Shown piece after piece: positions 37,998-56,653 of a DNA stretch of 64,000 bases (the stretch's first letter is position 1; each line of letters starts with the position of its first letter). A program made the position numbers and the translations under genes. The stretch lies in NCBI RefSeq assembly GCF_009914755.1, contig NC_060934.1, one strand, 5' to 3'. The DNA is from the human T2T-CHM13v2.0 reference genome, Homo sapiens. A model generated the notes under the pieces. The model saw only the letters and a list, made by a program, of their open reading frames with translations, was not told the origin of the DNA and did no database searches.

Positions 37998-38359
<362 letters not shown>

Positions 38360-40635
38360 AATAAAATATTTTTAAAATAGAAAAAAGCTTAGAGAATATG
38401 AATATAAAGAAAATATTTTGTGCAGTTGCATGTGTTTGTGTTTTAACCTGTATTAGTACAAAAGAGTCAAAAAGTTTCAAAAAACTAAAAAGTTTACAAA
38501 GTAAAAAAGCTACTGTAAGCTGAGGTTAGCTTATTATTGAAGAAATTTCTTTTTATAAACATAGAGTAGCCTAAGTACACAGTGTTTATAAAGTGTACAA
38601 TAGAGTACAGTCATGCCGTAGGCCTTCACATTCACTCGCCACTCACTCACTGACTCACCGAGAGCAACTTCCTCTCCTACAGGCTCCATTCATGGTAAGT
38701 ACTCTATACAGATGTACCATTTTTTAATATCTTTTATACCATATTTTTACTCTACCTTTTCCATGTTTAGATACACACATACTTAACTTTTTGTTGCAAT
38801 TGTCTGCAGTATTCAGAAGAGTAACATGCTGAACAGGTTTGTAGCCTAGGAGCAATAGGCTGTACCACATAACCCAGGTGTGTAGCAGGCTGTACCCTCT
38901 ATAGGTTTGCGTAAGTACACTTAATGATGTTCACACAATGACAAAACCGCCTAATGATGCATTTCTCGATTGTATTCCCATCATTAAGCAACATATGACT
39001 GTACTTGCAAAAACAGATACAGGCCGCATCTGGTCTATAAACTATAGTTTGTTGACTCCTGCCATAAAGCCCCTTATCTCATATAGATAATACAGAAGAG
39101 AAACAGGATTTCAGAGAGCTGGCTTCCAGTTCTGTCACTGACCCTAATGGCTATGTTGTTTTAGACAATCTCCTTATCTCACTGCCTACTTGAACTATAA
39201 AAAGAAAAAGGTAAACACTAAGATCTCTTCCAAAGTCTAAAATCCTTAATTATTGATTACCCTAGATAATTCTCATAAAACCTCCTTTCTTAGGTTGTAG
39301 AACCTGGAAACAATTTCATCATCGCAAACCATTAAAGCTTATATTTAGCACATGGATCATTGCCATGGGATATTGGCCAATGAATATGAATAAAATTTCT
39401 TTATTAGAAAGAAGAAGTTTATGCTAAAAGGAAAAACTAGTTGGAAAAACTTTAATGGTACAGCGAATTTATTTTTGGCATTTCATATTTTATCAAGCTC
39501 CCATATTATGTTGAATGTATCAAATGTACTCAAATCCTTTCTAATTTTTTAAATATTTCATTCAAATAAGTATTTTATTAATGTGGCATCATTATTTCAA
39601 AGTTTTTACCCTACTTAATATAAAATATTATTTGGAAGAAGGAGTTAAAGTATTTAATGAAAATAAACATATAAATAGTTAGAAAATCAAATTAGCTGTC
39701 AACTATTCCATTAGAGACAGTGGTGGTTGTTATAATGCTTAAGGACAGAAAAGCTAATAAAATACATTAATTATAAATGTGTTTGAATTTTTAACACACA
39801 TTTAATAAAATTTATAAAAATTAAACTTTTGGAAATTTTTCTTAAATACAAACAAAAGAAAAATATAAAATAATGAGCATTCCATCACAGAAATAGATCA
39901 AGAAATACCTGATGAATGTTAAACGTATTCTTTTATAAATGTGTACATTACATAAGGATTTGGATTTACCAAAGATAATTCCAGTTTTACAAGTTTATAA
40001 AGTCAAACTAAATTCTACTTCTTACTATGTTAACTGAAACACTTTAAAAATGTTCTATCTATCTGTAGTAGTGTCAACAATGAAAATGAAGTTAAAAATA
40101 AAAAAAAAGTTCTTTGTAGGCAGGATATAGCAGAGAAGAGTCAACAGGTGCTGAGACATGGATGAGAAAAATTTAAAACAATAGACTTTTTAATAAAATG
40201 TGAAGACATTTTTACAGATTTCCACAGATGAGGAACATTGCAAACCCAAAGTTCTAACTCACCTACATCATACAGTTGATTATTGGCAGAGCTGAAGCTA
40301 AAGCTTGTGAGTCTTAGTTCCTATTCTTGGGTTATTTCTACTCTACCACTTTCAGCCTATGTGGTGAAAAGTAACATGAAAACAGTAAAATGGCAAAGCC
40401 TAAATGTGCTATCAGCTGGAAATCAAGGCTTTCTTTGAGACAACCACAGAACTAGTCTAAGCATGCTGCCTGAAAGAGATGAAACGAAAGAAAGTGTGGG
40501 AAAATGGGAAATGCAAATAACACTAGGCAAAGAGAATATCTGGAATAATTACTTGAAACAACAACAAAAACTGTGTAAGATGAGAGGACTGTTTTATATA
40601 CTCTCTTGAGAGCAAAAGAAATATAAGAGGTCTTG

Positions 40636-41240
40636 TTCATTCATGCAGTCATTCAGCAAACATTCTTAGGACCTACTACATGATATTTGCAGGTCTGGGT
40701 TCTGTGAAACCAACAGTAAACCAGAAAGACTTTCTTACTAAGCAACAGAAAAATAACAAGAGCTATTTTAGAGAAGACAGAGTATTTAGGGGAGAAAGGT
40801 GCATAGTCAAGGACTGGTAAAATAAGACTTGCTGAAGGAAGTGGTATTTATCTTAGTCAAAGGTTTGAGTTAGAGTTAGCCATTCAAAGAAGGAGGAAAA
40901 GGGAATTCCAGGTGAATAAGTCTTTATTTGTTACCATCTCTGTTGACTTTACTGCAGACCCTGCAGGATTAGTAGATTTCATGATACCACTAGCCACCTC
41001 TTTATAAATTCTCTAGGCAGGCTTAGCCTCTATTCAAATCTAAATGTGCAGCCCCACAGTCCTCTCCTCTATCTACATCCTCACATTTGGTAACTTTATC
41101 CAGATCACTGGCTATATCTCACCACTGAGCTATAAACCAGTGTGTCCACCCACATGTTTCTACTCTCTACCTGTTGGTTATTAGACATTTCAAACATAGA
41201 GTGGCTTGGCTGGGGTAGCTCTCCACATTTCTTCCATTTT
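40636..41240. mobile_element. Two L2 fragments in opposite orientations
   Basis: ttcattcatgcagtcattcagcaaacatt (minus 3' end); ctctacctgttggttattagacatttcaaaca (plus). Confidence 0.5.
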
Positions 41241-41486
41241 TCTCCATAGAGTGTGTAAGCTCTCTTGGAACACACTAATATTAGCAAGAAGAGCCAAGGT
41301 TAGTGAAGACAGAAAGGGACAGGTATTTAAGCCAAACAACAAAAGATTAGCAATAATTGACTATGCATTGAAGGAGAAAAACAATATTCCGAGCCAATGA
41401 AGATCTTCTCTATTTTTAGCTTATGTTTTCTCCTAACAATGATTATCACTATAAAGCATAAGTGGTATTTATTTGATTCTTTCTTT

Positions 41487-41511
41487 TGTGTGTGTGTGTG
41501 TGTGTGTGTGT
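41487..41511. repeat. (TG)n microsatellite
   Basis: Direct reading. Confidence 0.95.
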
Positions 41512-41647
41512 AGCCTAAATTCTTACAAAAAATAGACTATATCCATACTCAGTAATGAAGTAATCTTGAAAAAGAAACACTTATCATCCTGTATCACTAA
41601 GAGAATGTTAGTGATGCTAGTGAAGGCTCCAGGTATAGCCATTAGTT

Positions 41648-44453
<2,806 letters not shown>

Positions 44454-44789
44454 CTATTTTCTTTGAATTCCTAGGTATATGACCTTGTACTTCAGTCAAA
44501 ATAATCTATTTTTTTAACCTAACCACATCCTTCACTGATGGCATTTTGTTGCATATACAAAATACAATAATAAAAAGAGTGAGTAGTTCAACTGTAAGAC
44601 TGATTTATAATGACAGTTTTTCAGATACAGGGGAAATGAAGAATTGAGCAGATTCTGTGAAGTGAAAATTCCCAATTATGTTATTCCCTTGTATTAATTA
44701 AACAGGTGCTAGGTAGTTTTCAGAGTAGCACCTCTGAGACTTGTGTTATGCAGAATTACTTACAGTTGTTAAATGTTATGCTCTTCTCA

Positions 44790-46490
<1,701 letters not shown>

Positions 46491-47649
46491 TATATAAAAA
46501 TAAGAGTGAGTTTGACTGAAAAAAGATAAGGAATTATTGTTATTTCAACAGCTTACCAGCACTAACGCTCATTATTCCAGTAGGCTAAGTTGCCTTGGAA
46601 AACTAATGTTTGAATCCTTCCTTCCTGTTAAGAGTTTTTAAAGTCAGTTTTATGGCATTTCTTGTAGACAGAGGCAGGGGTAACACAGGAAGAACAGAGG
46701 TACAAAAGGAAAATGAGTTTTTCTTTGATCACCACGAAAAGTCCCTTACATTTCAATCATGCTTGTATCTCTGCCAAGGGTCAAGGTGAATGTCTGTTAT
46801 TATTGATGAATTATTTTAGGTCATTTATCAGTCACACATACTGGCTGGATTTCATAAACAGCAAAAGAAAAGTTTGAATTAGGTGAGGAAAATGACTAAG
46901 CAAATGTATATCCTCCTGTGAAGGTAAGAACCAACTCCGAGTTTGCAATGCATCAATTCCAAAATTGGAATGCTCCTTTTTCTGTTTTACTTAGAGACTT
47001 TCCCACTGCAGGCCCCAATTGAACTCTGGAAGACACAACAGTACAGAAGATCTGAGAATAGATGCCAAACACACTGAGCCTTCTAAACTCACACGAACAA
47101 GACCAAAAATAAAAATATGAAATAAAATAGAAAAAAAGAGGAAGTAACTAATACCCTTTATGTCACCAAGCTAGCAGGTCCATACTACATAAACTCAATG
47201 TATTTATTCAGCTTTCTAAAACTTACAATTTTTAAGATGTCACATGTCGAATCTGATACTGTAGTGGTAGAAGAGACCTAGACACTATGTAGTGTGGTGC
47301 TTATCAGATCATAATCTCTCAAGAATCTTTGGATTCTGATGTGATGCCTCAGGGACTAAACTTGGGAGAGCAAGGACCAGCTTCCCTACCATACTTCAAT
47401 TCAAGCAGCAATCTTTTTATCTGTTTCATTTGTTTGTTTAGTAATGAAGTCCCATGCAAGATTTTATTTGGTGTTGATAAAATAATTCTTTATAAAAGTT
47501 AAAAATACTGTCATCTATTCTAAATTCCTTGATTTATAGATGAGGAATCCAAGGCTCAGAATGGCTGCATAATAACTCAAGTTGGTGTCCAATGAGTAGA
47601 ATCTGCCCAGGTCTTCTAATGCTCATTACAATGGCAATGGTATACCTGG

Positions 47650-47875
47650 GCTTGAGTTTTAGAGCCCAAGTACCTGGATTCAAATTACCACTGTCACCTG
47701 ACTTTGGGCAATTTATTTATCCTTTTTGGGCATCAGTCTTCATCTGAAAAATGGGGTTCATATTGGTACATACCTCATAGAGTTGTTTTAAGGAGTAAAG
47801 GGGTTAATATAAAGAAAGTGTCTAACACATAGTAAGCACTCAAAAATATCACCGGAACTGTAATATAACTATTAT
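47650..47875 (+). mobile_element. MIR
   Basis: acctggattcaaatt...tgactttgggcaatttattt...catctgaaaaatgggg...cacatagtaagcactcaa. Confidence 0.75.
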
Positions 47876-47912
47876 TCTATTTTACCAAACTGAAAAACTT
47901 CAGGGTTAGGCA

Positions 47913-48395
47913 GTGTGTTCGTTTCTATACAATGTTGTTGTATTGTTGCTACAGCAAATTACTACCAACTTAGTGGCTTAAAATAACACAAATTTATTAT
48001 CTTAAAGTTACTGCAGTCAGAAGTCCAAAATGGGTCTCACTGGGCTAAAAGCTAGATGCCCGCTGAGCTGATTTCCTTCTGGAGGCTCTAGGGGAGAATC
48101 TCTTCCCTTGACTTTTCCAGCCCCCTTCATTCCTTGGCTGTGGCCCCTTTGCCCATCTTTAAAACCAGCAGTGTACCACTATTCAGAGTCTGACTCTGAC
48201 TCTCACGCTCCTGCCTCCTCTCAATGCTTTCACTTACAAACACCCTTTGTGATTGCATTGGTCTCACCCAGATAATTCAGGATAATCTCCCCATGTCAAA
48301 ATCCTTAACTTAATAAATCTGCAAAGACCCTGTTGCCATGTAAGGTAATATATTTATATAGATATATTTGGAGAATCATTATTCTGTCTATCATA
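47913..48395 (-). mobile_element. MLT1D-like MaLR LTR
   Basis: gtcagaagtccaaaatgggtctcactgggctaaaa...ttctggaggctctaggggagaatc...cagataattcaggataatctcccc. Confidence 0.8.
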
Positions 48396-48522
48396 AGTGG
48401 GTAATGTAAATATGCAAAACAGCTTTGTATAAGAAGAGGGAGTGGTGTATACTGCATAAACCTTACCTAAAGGCAATTGTGTGTGTGTATACACATACAC
48501 ACAGAATATATGTGTTTCATAG

Positions 48523-48557
<35 letters not shown>

Positions 48558-49318
48558 CTGTTGCCTTATATATATATATCTCTGTATATAATACTAGGCT
48601 AGTCAAACTAATATATCCTAGACCTGATTTGACTGAGGAATCTGGTTTGGGATCCTTGCCCTATGTCATTCCATTATGTGGTTAGACCAGGTCTATATAA
48701 TCTAAAGCAAAGAGGAAAGGTGGTGATTGCCTGAGTCTCTGCTATGTAAGCATCCTAGATAATTCCAGATATTTTTTCAGAGTGAAACAAAGTGATAAAT
48801 ATCCTCCCAAATTCATGCAGTCTGCTTCCTACTTGCTTTAAATACCTGGATGTGGGAAATGACCCAGTTTTTATCTACCTTTATTGACTATTTCAAATTA
48901 AACTCTTTAGCAGTCAATAACAACAGGAGTCACATCAACAGCTGCTTCATCCTACACTCTGATTTTATGTCTCTCTTTTAGCCATTACACCTGGTTGACT
49001 TGGAAATCCTCCAGGGACAACATCTGTTATCGCTGTCTCCCTTGAAATTCTGGCCCATGGTTGTTTAACTGCAAATGTGGAAGAAAATCCAAACTGTACT
49101 TGTTTCTGTTGTCTCATGGCTTTGTCACCATATGTCAAATCAAATTACACTTCACAGTTGACAGTTGAAAGAAATGAAGAAATAGTCAGTGCAAAGATAC
49201 CTTTTTTGACCATTAGAGAACAAAAATATAAAACCTGTTGACTTATCTCCTTTACAAGAGGACCTCAAAAAGTTCATGAAAAAATTGAATTAAAAGATAA
49301 GAATTTTAAATACAAACT

Positions 49319-50750
49319 TTATTTCTCAACATAATCTCCAACAAGTTCAAGACACTTTTGTGAGCAATGATGTCACCCATTTAGTCTATGCCTAAAGGAC
49401 TGAGAGTGTTCAGAATTTAAGCATGCCAATTCAGTCGTTTTTACGTTATTAATGGAAGAAAAAATGGGTGCCATTTAAAGGATTTTTTAGTATTAGGAAA
49501 CAAAAAGGAGTCAGAAGGAGCAAAATCAGAACTGTAAGGTGGATGCCTAATGATTTCACATCAAAACTCTTGCAAAATTGCCCTTGTTTGTTGAAAGGAA
49601 TCAGCAGGAACATTGTTGTGGTGGTGAAGGATGCTGTAATAAAGCTTTCCCAGGCATTTTTCTGCTATAGCTATGGCTTCCTCAAACACTCTTAAAATAA
49701 GTAAACGTTATTGTTCTTTAGCCCTTGATATGGTTTGGGCTGTGTCCCTACCCAAATATTATCTTGAACTGTAGTTCCCATAATCTCCATTTGTGTCATG
49801 GGAGAGACCCAGTGGGAGGTAATGGAATCATGGGGGTGGCTATCTCCATGCTGTTTTTGTGATAATGAGTGAGTTCTTACAAGATATGATGGTTTTATAA
49901 GGGTTTTCCCCCTCACTTCACTGTACTTCTCCTTGCTGCCACCATGTGATAAAGGACATGTTTGCTTCCCTTTCCACCATGATTATATGTTTCCTGAGGC
50001 TTCCCTAGCCCTGCGGAACTGTGAGTCAATTAAACCTGTTTCCTGTATAAATTACCCAGTCTTGGGTATGTTCTTATAGCAGTGTGAGAACAGACTAATA
50101 CAGCCCTTTAAAAAGTCAACAAGCAAAATACTTTGAACATCCCCAAAAAACTGTTGCCATAACCATTGCTCTTAATTGGTCTGTTTGTGTTTGATTCGAC
50201 CACGCCCACCTCTTGGAGGCCATTGCTTTGATTGTGCTTGGTATTTAGAATTGTACTGGTCAAGACATGTTTTATTTCTTGTTACAATTCTTTGAAGATA
50301 TGCTTCAGTATCTTGATCCCACTTACTTAAAATTTCCATTGAAAGCTCTGTTCTTTTCTGAAGCTGATCTAGGCACAACAGTTTTGACATCCATTGAGTG
50401 AAAAGTTTGCTTAACTTTAATTTTTTAGCCAGACTGCGTAAGCTGAATCAATTGAAATACCTCTGATGTTGGCTATTGCTTATGCTATTAATTATCAGTC
50501 CTTTTCAATTAGGGCACAAACAAGATTAATTTTTTCTTTGCAAATCAATAGGGTTGGTCTGTCCCTGCAGGCTTCATCTTCGACATTGTCTCATCCCATC
50601 TTAAAATGAATTATCTATTTGTAAACCGTTGGTTTCTTTGGGGAATTGTTCCTATAAACTTTTTGTAAGCATCAATGATTTCCCCATTCTTCCACTCAAG
50701 CTTCACTATAAGTTTGATGTTTGTTTTGCTTCAATTTCAGCAGAATTCAT
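49319..50750 (-). pseudogene. Hsmar2 transposase pseudogene
   Basis: ATG MNSAEIEA at 50750; ORF 50172..50390 (DQLQKRTELSMEILSKWDQD...IVTRNKTC...AQSKQWPPRGG, where IVTRNKTC is a degraded IVTGDETW); ends YVEK-stop at 49319; frameshifts and LTR insertion. Confidence 0.88.
49726..50102 (+). mobile_element. THE1 (C/D-like) solo LTR
   Basis: tgatatggtttgggctgtgtcc...actgtgagtcaattaaacc...gaacagactaataca; 5-bp TSD GCCCT. Confidence 0.95.
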
Positions 50751-51556
50751 GTTGCCCTGATAAGGGCTCTTTATGAACTGATATCTTATCCTTCATAATA
50801 CCTCAAACTAGCTACTATTTACACATGTTATAACAAGTTAGTATGAGTTTATTTTGATGCAAAAATTTTGAAATCCATGCATAATTTTTTCATAGTATTC
50901 ATTTTCTGTAAGCTTTTTGAAGACCCCTTATACTTGGTATGATTGTTATCATTGCCAATGTGGAAATCAGCTTTTTTAAATGGTTATCAGAAACCTCGTC
51001 TGAGCTCACAATTCAGTTCCTAAAATGTAGATTAGTCTCCATAAACAGAAGTGAGTGAGAAGCATGCAAGGCAAGGCAACCAAGTATCCTTGAGGTGCTG
51101 ACACTGAAGGAAGGGTGAGGAAGAAATAACAAGCAGGGAGAAGAGAAATGAAAAACAGAAAATGAAGTTGTCATGTGTCCATATGTATGGTATGGTGGGT
51201 ATTCATAGTGGTCAAAAGTCTTACATAAAAGAAGGAAAAGATTTGTCCTAGGCCATGTCTGCCTACTAAATATTAATAGGTAAAGACCTACTAACAGTTA
51301 AAGGTAAAAGAATCTGAAACCTGTGGAAGTCATTACCTTACTGACTGTGAGTTTATGAGCCATTGTTTATCCAGTAGATAAAAGGAAGCAACTTTTGCCA
51401 CATGCCATATTTTTAGAAAAGAAGCAAACTCTTAAGTCTTACTCCACTGAATCAGTTCTTTTGTCACTAAAGATATATTGACATGGCCACCAAAAGCAGT
51501 GGAAAGATACTGGTATAAATGAGGGTGCAATGGTTGTTTTATTAACTCTCAGATAG

Positions 51557-52045
51557 CATATACATTTGCTATTGCTGTTATTACAAATTACCACAAACTT
51601 AGTGACTTAAAACAATATAAAAATCTATAGTTTCAGAGGTCAGAAGTCTGAAAGTAGTTTTAGGGAGCTAAAAATCAAAGTGTTGGCAATCCTGCATTCC
51701 ATCTGGAGGCACTAGGGGAGATCTGTTTCCTTGTCTTTTCCATTTTTTATGGCCTACTAGCATTCCTTGGCTTGTGGCTCCTTCTTCTGTCTTCAAAGCA
51801 TATCATTTCAACCTCTGCCTTGGTTGTCACCCTTCCTCTTTCTGACTTAGACCATCTTGACCCCAGGGGTCTAAGGACCCCTGAGATTACATTGGACCAA
51901 CCTAGATAATCCAGGACAATCTCTTTATATCAAAAGCCTTCACATAATCACATCTGCAAAGTTCTTTGTGCCAGGTGAGGTGATATGTTAACAGGTACTA
52001 GGGATTAGGACATGAATATCTTTAGGGGGCTATTATTCTGCTATT
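51557..52045 (-). mobile_element. MLT1C/D-like MaLR LTR
   Basis: tacaaattaccacaaacttagtgacttaaaacaa...gattacattggacc...gggattaggacatgaatatctttaggggg. Confidence 0.8.
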
Positions 52046-53280
52046 ATTTAGGGGGCTATTATTCATAGATCCACTTGTCAATAAAGACCTTATCTAGAAT
52101 TTACAAACTCAAGTGCCCACAGAAGATAGACAAGTAATAGAAGTGAATGAGAAAAACCAAGGAGTGGTGGAAACTGAGGTAAATTAGAGAGTGAATAGCA
52201 TTCTAAAGCATTCACAATTTTAATAACATATGTAGTTACCATGTGGACAAAAAAAAATTGTCTCTGGTTCATGCCTACCTATTTGCAACCTTTATTTTAA
52301 ACCAAATATTTGCTCCGAATGAGCCTCTTCTGCCATTATAAAGTGAGACACTTTCTGTTAAAATGTCTACATGCACTCTGCAGCCAATTACACACTTACA
52401 TATATAGAAAAGGTTAAAATACAAGAATGCAGTAAAAAATAACCAGAATGTGATTTAGAGGCATGTGTTAACTGAAAGACCCACCAAGAACTAATTGGAA
52501 GGAAAAGGCCAGGAAGGAAATTGACCATTACAGGAAATACAGGATAAATTTCTTTAAAGATGGTGATCCTGCTCCCAGCAGGCTCAGAAAGACTTCTCTG
52601 ATTTAGAGGCAAATAAGAGCCAGCTAAGTAGTCTGCAAGGATTAATGACCCATACATTTTTGTAAACAGCAACTGTGACAGTCTAGCACAAGTTCCAAAG
52701 ACACAGGCAAGGGGATTAGCAAAGTCATGTTTCTGATGGACTTTCTCTTGGGTTTCTGTTAATCCATGAGGTTTGATATGTGTTGTAAGAGAAAGGAGCT
52801 GAACATAACATTTTAAAGATCTATTGAGTATTTGGCCACAATAAGGACTAAATCATTACCATTTTAAAAGTCCCAGGTTAGCAGACATACTCTGAGGCCT
52901 GCATCACAATCAGAACATATATCAGATCTTATAAACATTTAGATCAAAGATTAAGATTATAAAGAAAAATTTCCAGGAAATTCAGTGTCCATGTCCACAT
53001 ACACAGTATTTTTTTTTTTTTTACGTGTAGTGGGGAGGAATGAAAAGATACATAGTCAATGAAGGAAGACAACTGTGGCAGCTCATGCACCAGGAGAGCT
53101 GAAGAATCAATTAAAATTCATGTGAGAAAGGTGACATATTATTTTATTCAAAACCAAAACAAACAAACATGAACTTTCGCTTATGCAAGAGAAAGCTCTA
53201 CGCTTATATCTAGGAGAAAGGAGTTGAAACAAAGAAAGCTAAATTTATTTTCACACAAACAAAAGGTCTTTTTCTCTCTT

Positions 53281-53338
53281 TGTATGTCTCTCTCTCTCTC
53301 TCTGTCTTCTATTTTTCTTTTCTTTCTCTCTCCTGTTC

Positions 53339-53374
<36 letters not shown>

Positions 53375-53445
53375 TGTGGAGAGAGAGCAAGAAAGAAAGA
53401 TAGAGACAACAAGAGAGAGACAGAATTAGAGAGAGATAGAGAAAC
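53281..53445. repeat. Compound (TC)n / (TG)n / GA-rich simple repeat
   Basis: Direct reading; (TG)15 at 53341-53370. Confidence 0.9.
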
Positions 53446-55785
53446 TGTTTTATTGAATGATCTGTGCTCAGTAAAGGTGAAAATATAAATTAGCATTTTG
53501 TTGTTGTTCTATGCCACTGCCTTCCGATAAGTATTGTCAATCATTTTCTTGCCTCTGGATGAAATCTCAGAAGCATAAAATAGCATTATCCATCACTGTC
53601 ATATATAAGTGAATGCTATCTTTTGATACAAAATGCCCAGTTTAGGCCAGACTAATATCGAAGCCTTATTCTCCTATATAAGTCAAACCTTCTTCCCGGT
53701 CATCTTGCATCTTGGGCCTGATTTAGACTTGGAGATATGCAGTAGAGATGAGGTGCTTAATCAGCTTCTGAGCTTTGCTCTTATTTCCCTTTCTTTCTAC
53801 TCTCTAGGCTATCTCTGTTTTTTCCAGAAATAGAGAGGATGATGGGAGAAGAGAGATGAGGCAGAAAGTTTTTACTTAACTGGTATGGTTGTCCCTGACA
53901 TTGGTGGCCACCAAAAGTGCTCTTCCTTCTCTCTTCCTCTCTCTTTCTCTGTCTGTCTCTTTATCCCTCCTTCTCTTTCTCTTTCACGAGGGCCCTCTCT
54001 GGGGTCTTCAGAAACCTTCATTACTATGGATCTCTCCCCTGCTATTCACTTGTCATGAAACACGTCACCTCTGCCATTTCTAGATGATTATTCATGATGT
54101 TTCCCTAAGTCCCAGCATCTAGTGGTCCATCTCACACATACTTCCTCTCATGGGATCACCAGGCCCTCTCAGGCTATCCTTTAGGGCAGACTCTTTCAAG
54201 ATGGCCTAATTTCAGCTCCTACATTAGTTTACATCTGATCCATATCTAGAAGAGCAGGCCATTTTGAATTCAGCCCTGTACCTTTTCTTTCTTGCTACAA
54301 ATGGTTCCCTTTAGGTTCTTTACTATATAAATTGTAGGTGTAAATCAGGTTCCTAAGTATCAGTGAGGACAGCCCAAGCTTACCAGTGAGTTTCTGGAAG
54401 CATCCCTCAGCACATGTGAAGTAAGAGTTAAAGACCTCTCTCCTCTGTTCTTTTATACTCTCCTGTGGTCACACACAATCTTAATATATTTTGTTTCAGA
54501 TGATCTAGCAGCTATGATAGTCAGTGTTGAATTCCCTCCTGGAACTTCTAGATAGAGCGAAAAGCCATAGTTGATATCCTGTTACATAGATAGGTAGTTT
54601 GACAGATGATAGAGAAATAAAAAGATATAGAGACATAGATGTCCAGGTGTGGTGAGCTGTCTGAGAAATAATAAATTGGAGCCCAATAATTCAAGGAAGA
54701 GATGAGAAGGTAGAGTAGTAGATTCCAACAAGAAAACAACAGATTGGTACTAAGAAGAGAGCTGATTAATAATGGTGTGGAGGCAAGAAACTTAGAATAG
54801 TGATGACTGGTGTTTAATTTTTAGTTACTTTTGGATCTGGGCAGAAACGCCCTTCATTATCCCCCAAATCTTCAGGACAATCTGTCACCAATTCTATAAC
54901 CACACTAGCATTGACTTAATGCAGTACTGCTTTGGATAATAAAAAAAAAGGCATTTTCATTTTTACATAGGAGAAGGAACAAGAAAGAGTTGGAGCAGGC
55001 AGTGCCCAATGAGGTAATGGTGAGAGGTTCTCAATGACTCATTGAAAGTAAGAAGTTACAGGCAGCTTTAAGTCAGTGTTAGCCCCTCTTCTTGAATACC
55101 TGCAAAAATATCAAGAGTCTTGGACTTCTGGTTATTTCAGTTGGAAGCCTGAATTAGTTCTCATAAATTTCAAACAAGGTGGTGCCTCCAGAAGGCTGGA
55201 GAACTTGGAGGTGTTCAGGATACATATGACTAATATAGTATCCCTTGTTTCTTAAGCCTTCTAATGTAAATCTGTGGTTAGAGTATCTGATCAAACTTCA
55301 AAATCTTCCATAGTTATTGAAAAATGGAAATAAGACAACACAGAAACATTCTAAAGATTTAAATCCCTAGAATAATCCAAGTACGAACTATACATTATTA
55401 TCACAAGTCGCATATTTCATTAAAAGTGGGAGAGTTTTGAGGCTTTGATTGAGCAATTTTCTTTCCCTGCTGTTTGAGCCTCTGTGATTTTAGTGTTTTA
55501 TTCCTTGACCCCTTCACTTCGTTGCTGCAAGTTTCCTTACCCAAAGCACATGCTCTCAATCTCATTTTTTCGATGAGGAAGGGATTATTACTAGACAAAA
55601 GCAGAGGGCAGGACAATAATTTGTTTTCCCAGTACTCCAGAAGTCTCTCACATAAGTCCTGCTTTAAGCTAACGGGCAGTGTGCAGAGCCAAGTTGAATC
55701 CTGTTATGATGCCAGAGCAGGCTGTGCTGGGCTGAGCTGCAGGCTTTGCTCCCTGTAGGCCAAGCTCTTATACCTTCTGTGGTGT

Positions 55786-55788
<3 letters not shown>

Positions 55789-55842
<54 letters not shown>

Positions 55843-55884
55843 CACACACACATACATATATATACACACATATATACATATATA

Positions 55885-55915
<31 letters not shown>

Positions 55916-55950
55916 ATATATATATATATACACACATATATATATATATA
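55789..55950. repeat. (TA)23 plus CA/TG compound microsatellite, about 160 bp
   Basis: Direct reading. Confidence 0.95.
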
Positions 55951-56375
55951 GGTTTTCATCCACAGTTCCTGAGTCATAGCTACCATAGCCCTTGTTACAG
56001 TCTTTTGTTATTAGGTTGGGTGTGTTAGGCCTCAGGGGCAGGACTCAGGAAACCGAATCTCTTTGACCTTCTCCTGTCCTCCTTTCACCTGCCCAAAGGC
56101 CGGACTCTAATATTGCTCCACCTTTCTCATTGTAGGTCATAAGGCCCTCATTTCAGAGAGGCTCTTGCCCCATACCCTGGGAGAAAGAATGCTGATGTCA
56201 AGAATTTTCCATAAAAACCCAAGAGGATTGGGTTCCGAGAGCTTCAGGATAGCTGAACATGTGCAGGTTCCTGGAGGGTGACATGCCCAGGGAGGGCATG
56301 GAAGCTCCATGTCCCTTCCCCCATTCCTCTTTCCCCATACCTCACCCTACACAGCTCTCCATCTGTATCATTTGT

Positions 56376-56653
56376 TTTGTTTTGTTTTTTGAGACACAGT
56401 CTCACCTTATCACCCAGGCTGGAGTGCAGTGGTGTGATCTTGGCTCACTACAACCTCTGCCTCCTGGGCACAAGCATTCTCGCCTCAGCCTCCCCAGTAG
56501 CTGGGATTACAGGCACCCACCACTGCACCCAGCTACTTTTTTGTATTTTTGGTAGAGATGGGGTTTCACCATGTTGGCCAGGTGAATCTATGATCTGCCT
56601 GCCTTGGCCTCCCGAAGTGCTGGGATTACAGACGTGAGTGACCGCACCCGGCC
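56376..56653 (-). mobile_element. AluS with small internal deletions
   Basis: 16-bp TSD catctgtatcatttgt (56360-56375 / 56656-56671). Confidence 0.93.

Larger units (their letters stand above)
49255..50930 (-). mobile_element. Full-length HSMAR2 mariner transposon (about 1.29 kb without the THE1 insert)
   Basis: TIRs caagaggacctcaaaaagttcatg / agctttttgaagacccctta with TA on both sides. Confidence 0.92.

Noticed and set aside
53470-54740. Possible very old LTR (LTR78/MamGyp-like)
   Set aside because: Texture is suggestive, but I cannot match termini or a consensus from memory.
55664-56028. YIYI/THTH/VCVC-rich ORFs
   Set aside because: Translations of the TA/CA microsatellite.
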